64,000 bases of DNA from Octopus vulgaris (Eukaryota). Position 1 is the stretch's first letter, and every line of letters starts with the position of its first letter. The stretch is from contig OX597816.1 of NCBI GenBank assembly GCA_951406725.2, positions 163,928,001-163,992,000 of the forward strand. The letters run 5' to 3'. Both the position numbers and the translations under genes were made by a program. Below the pieces are notes generated by a model. It searched no databases and was not told where the DNA came from. It worked only from the letters and a program-made list of their open reading frames with translations. Positions 58,938 through 64,000 of this stretch are shown one piece after another.

Positions 58938-59969
58938 ATAGTATATACATATGTATATATATATATATAGTATATACATATGTATGTATGTATGTATGTA
59001 TTTATGTACGTAATGTCACAGTTATAAGGCAGATGTGTCTGCTATTTCTAGCAGTAGAAACGGCTTTTATTGTTGCTCTCGTTGTTGCCGAAAAGATCCG
59101 CTGTTGCTATTGTTGTTGTTGTTGTTGTTATTGTTGTTACGCACGTTTATGCTCATATCAACTCCGACCGAAACAGACCCACGTCAAACCACGTTCCATA
59201 TACGACCATCGCGAAACGATTTAAGTTAGCAAATAAGTCGTTACTCATTTTAAGCGCTTACGGTGTGATTTTGAGGGCGATTTGACTTCTATTTCAAGCA
59301 TATGCCAGAGTATTAAGCTTATGTAAGAAGATAGAAGAAACACAGAGATACTAGGATTACAGAAAATGCAATCTGTGCGACCATACTGGAGCTGTATACA
59401 ATAAATAGGCTCTCCATGATTTATAATACGCTGCGGCATTTGAACATTTCGCTTCATCTTCGTTTGCAAAATGGCGTGTATTATTTACAATGTTACAAAC
59501 GCCTGTAATCACACACACACACACGTACAATTACTAACACACTCACACACACGTACAATTACATACACACACACATAGGTAAAAAGAGAACAGGGGAGAG
59601 AGACAGAAAGGCAGACAAACAGAAGACATAGACGGATAGATTATATGTACGTGTGAATATATATATTAATACATATACGTGTGTGTGTGTTGTGGACACA
59701 GGTATATTTGTGAGTCTGTATATGTATGTTTCAATGCAATATGTCTGTGTGTACGTATGTATGTATGAATATATGTACGCCTGTATGTATGTATGTATGT
59801 ATGTGTGCATAATATAGTCTTTAATTTTTAATAATTCGAATGCTATTATTTATGTGATATTCACTATTTTCTCTGTTGCATATATATGTGTGTGTATATA
59901 TGTGTATGTAAGTATACGTCGGTACACACACACGCCGCTGCATATGCAACAGAATATGCGTGTGTGAAC

Positions 59970-60005
<36 letters not shown>

Positions 60006-60239
60006 AGAGAGAGAGAGAGAGAGAGATACATAAATACCTACATATATGTATATATATGTGTATATATATAATGTATATACATGTATGTATAATGTACATA
60101 TACATATATATATAATGAAATATATGTATATGTATATACTGTATATATACATATATATAATGTGAATATATGTATATATATATAATATGTATATATGTAT
60201 ATATATATATATAATCTAATAAGATAATATATAATTTAT

Positions 60240-60317
<78 letters not shown>

Positions 60318-60453
60318 TGTATGTATGTATTTGCGTGTCTATATTTGTCACACACACCTCCAGCATGGCCGAAGTCAAATGACTGAAACAGTTAAAAGAA
60401 TAAATTCATATTTCTCACCACGCACACGCGCACATTTACTCATATAACCTCTG

Positions 60454-60528
<75 letters not shown>

Positions 60529-60571
60529 GTCTGTCTGTCTATCCATCTATATCTATCTACCTATCTATCTT

Positions 60572-60622
<51 letters not shown>

Positions 60623-60627
60623 CTCCA

Positions 60628-60674
<47 letters not shown>

Positions 60675-60698
60675 GTCTATCCATCTATATCTATCTAC

Positions 60699-60788
<90 letters not shown>

Positions 60789-61070
60789 GTCTATCCATCT
60801 ATATCTATCTACCTATCCGTATACATACATGTATAGATAAAAACGCTCTCATATTTTCATATATATGCATTAATATATATACATGCGTGTGTGCTGAAAT
60901 ACATGTTGCAGTTAAGAGCGTGTTTTGAGAGACCAAAGAAAAATCAAAGATTTTCGAATACGTAGGTGTTAGAGGGTATATAACAATGTTAATGGAATCT
61001 ACAGAGCTCTGCAGAGTTCTTGGAATGGACGAGTTGCAAAGAATATAATTAAAGTTGTGTGCAGAGGAAC

Positions 61071-61118
<48 letters not shown>

Positions 61119-61154
61119 TAATGTAAACACTGCAGACAGCAATCATGTAGAAAT

Positions 61155-61208
<54 letters not shown>

Positions 61209-61307
61209 GATGTATGTGTGGGAGCGAAAGAGATTGTTTATCCATGCGTTTTATACATAGATGCACACACACGCACACTTACACACATACAAACACACGC
61301 GCACACA

Positions 61308-61398
<91 letters not shown>

Positions 61399-61507
61399 GT
61401 ACACACTCACACACACACACACACACACACACACAAAGTATTTAAACATATATATATATATGTGGGTCGGTCGGATTGGTAATGCGTATACATGTGTATA
61501 ATAAGAC

Positions 61508-61543
<36 letters not shown>

Positions 61544-61590
61544 AGTATATATGTATATATGGAGATATGTATGATTGTGTGTGTGCGTGC

Positions 61591-61630
<40 letters not shown>

Positions 61631-61733
61631 ATATTTATGTATTTGTTAATTATGTGTGTTTAATAGTAAAAACGTAAGCTTCCTCTACGAGACCCGTCTC
61701 TCGGTGCAAAGTCTATTGTATGAATGCGACGGG

Positions 61734-61769
<36 letters not shown>

Positions 61770-62498
61770 TGGACTTAAGTGCATTGTGCACACACACATA
61801 TCCATACACACACACACAGACTTAAGTGCATTGTGCACACACACATATCCATATATACACACACACACACAGGGAGGAACAGAAAGGAGGAGAGAGAAAG
61901 ATAGGAACAAGGCTCAACACAGGAGAAATATATGTAGATAATAATATAGAGAAACACACACACACATATATGTGTACAAGGATATATATTATACGTGTAA
62001 GCCTTTATCAGTATTTGTATTCGTAATGTGTATATCTGCGTGTGTGTAGATAGCCAGGTACAGATATATTCATACATATATGTATGCGTTATAGCTGTTA
62101 TGTATATATATATCTATGTGTCTGTGTTTGTGTGTGTGTGTGTGTGTGTATAGAGTTATGTGTATGTACATTTATGTATATATGTGTGTGTGTATTTTTC
62201 CAATAATAATAATAATTAGGGCTTGAGACGTTTGCTTTGCCTTAACGTTTGCTGTCCTGTTTAACAATTATATATATGTAGATATATGTATACATGTGTT
62301 TGTGTATGTATAGTTATGTGTGTATGTATGTGTATATGCATAAATTTGTATTTATATATATATATGTGTTTTCAAGCATATATATATATGTGTGTGTGTT
62401 TGTGTGTGTGTCCGTGTGTGGGTGTATATATGTATAAAGTTGTATATATATATATATGTGTATATGCATATATATATATATGTATATATATGTGAGTG

Positions 62499-62542
<44 letters not shown>

Positions 62543-62572
62543 CAGTTGTGTATATATGTATGTGTATATGCA

Positions 62573-62605
<33 letters not shown>

Positions 62606-62862
62606 GTGTGTATGTATATAGTCATGCGTTTGTATGGATGTGTATATACATATATGTGTATATATATATGTGTGTGTGGGTGTATGTCTGTATAGTTATG
62701 TGTATATATATGTATGTATGCATATATATATGTATATATATATGTGTGTGTATGTATGTAGACAGTTATGTGTATATGTATGTGAATATGCATATTTATG
62801 TATATATATATATATATGTGTGTGTATGTGTGTGTATCTATACAGTTATGAGTACATATATA

Positions 62863-62898
<36 letters not shown>

Positions 62899-63060
62899 TG
62901 TATGTGTATATATGTATATATGTATGTATGTGTATATATGTGTATATGTATGCATGTATATATGTATATGTACATGCACACACGAGATGAGTCAGAAAAT
63001 AATGCAAACAGTATTTGCCATCTGACAGGCATAAATACACACATGCATACAAATATATGA

Positions 63061-63113
<53 letters not shown>

Positions 63114-63397
63114 CACATGTGTGTGTGTGTGTACATATGTATGTACGTATGTATTTATGTTGTATGTATAACAGTGTAATACTTTATATTGGAAGATCTG
63201 CTTTACACTTCTGTATTTCATACACATACAATTAAATACATATTGTAGATGTCCGGCATGTTTATAGACACTCTAGAGTTCATTGGCATTTAATGTACAA
63301 CTGAAGCACGCGCGCACACACACACACATATACACACACACACAAGTACACACACACATACCTACTTACATTCACACACATACTCTCTTGCATATAT

Positions 63398-63612
63398 ATT
63401 TCTTTACTGCCCACAAGAGGCTAAACATAGAGGGGACACACAAGGACAGACAAAGGGATTAAGTCGATTACATCGACTCCAGTGCGAAACTGGTACTTTG
63501 TTTATCGACCCCGAAAGGATGAAAGGCAAAGTTGACCTCGGCGGAATTTGAACGTAACGATAGACGAAATACCGCTAAGCATTTCGCCCGGCGTGCTAAC
63601 GTTTCTGCCAGC
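63398..63612 (-). mobile_element. SINE family C, single-unit copy
   Basis: Reverse complement of 11950-12170. Confidence 0.85.
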
Positions 63613-63651
63613 ATGTATATATATGTGTGTGTGTGTGCATATATACATTAT

Positions 63652-64000
63652 TTTATTCTTTTAATTGTTTCGGTCATTTGACTGCGACCATGCTGGAGCA
63701 CCGACTTCGGTCGAACGAATCGACCCCGGAATATATTCTTTGTATGCCTAGTACTTATCCTATCGATCTATTTAGCCGAAACGCTCAGTTACAGGGACGT
63801 AAACACACCAACATCGGTTGTCAGACAATGGTGGGGGAGTAACACGCACAAATAAATACACACACATACACACATATACGTCGGGCTTCATTCAGTTTCC
63901 GTCTACCAAATCCACTCACAAATCCTTGGTCGGCCCGAAGATATAGTAGGAGACACTTGCCCAAGGTGCCACACAGTGGGACGGAACCCGGCGCCATGTG
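63652..64000 (-). mobile_element. SINE family A, cut by the window edge
   Basis: Reverse complement of the family A body and core. Confidence 0.85.

Overview
Gene-free, very microsatellite-rich eukaryotic DNA. It is intergenic or intronic, and its SINE families and repeat landscape point to an octopus or other coleoid cephalopod (inference). No intact protein-coding gene is supportable: almost all ORFs are translations of (TA)n, (CA)n, (CATA)n, (TCTA)n, (ATC)n, (AAT)n or (CCA)n repeats. Recognisable content: four tRNA-derived SINE families in many copies; a 5'-truncated L1/Tx1-type LINE plus three 3'-UTR remnants, all in (TCTA)n; an RLE-type (R4/Dong-like) LINE fragment plus a 3' remnant, both ending in (CATA)n; a deleted mariner; several MITEs; and three non-autonomous Helitrons. 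The most notable signal is a set of about ten type I hammerhead ribozyme motifs (CUGANGA...GAAA...UH). They lie in short, mutually dissimilar inserts between simple repeats, mostly (TA)n. Seven of them cluster at 22.7-27.1 kb and three sit inside fold-back inverted repeats. They are probably Penelope-like or retrozyme-type remnants. All folds were checked by eye only.
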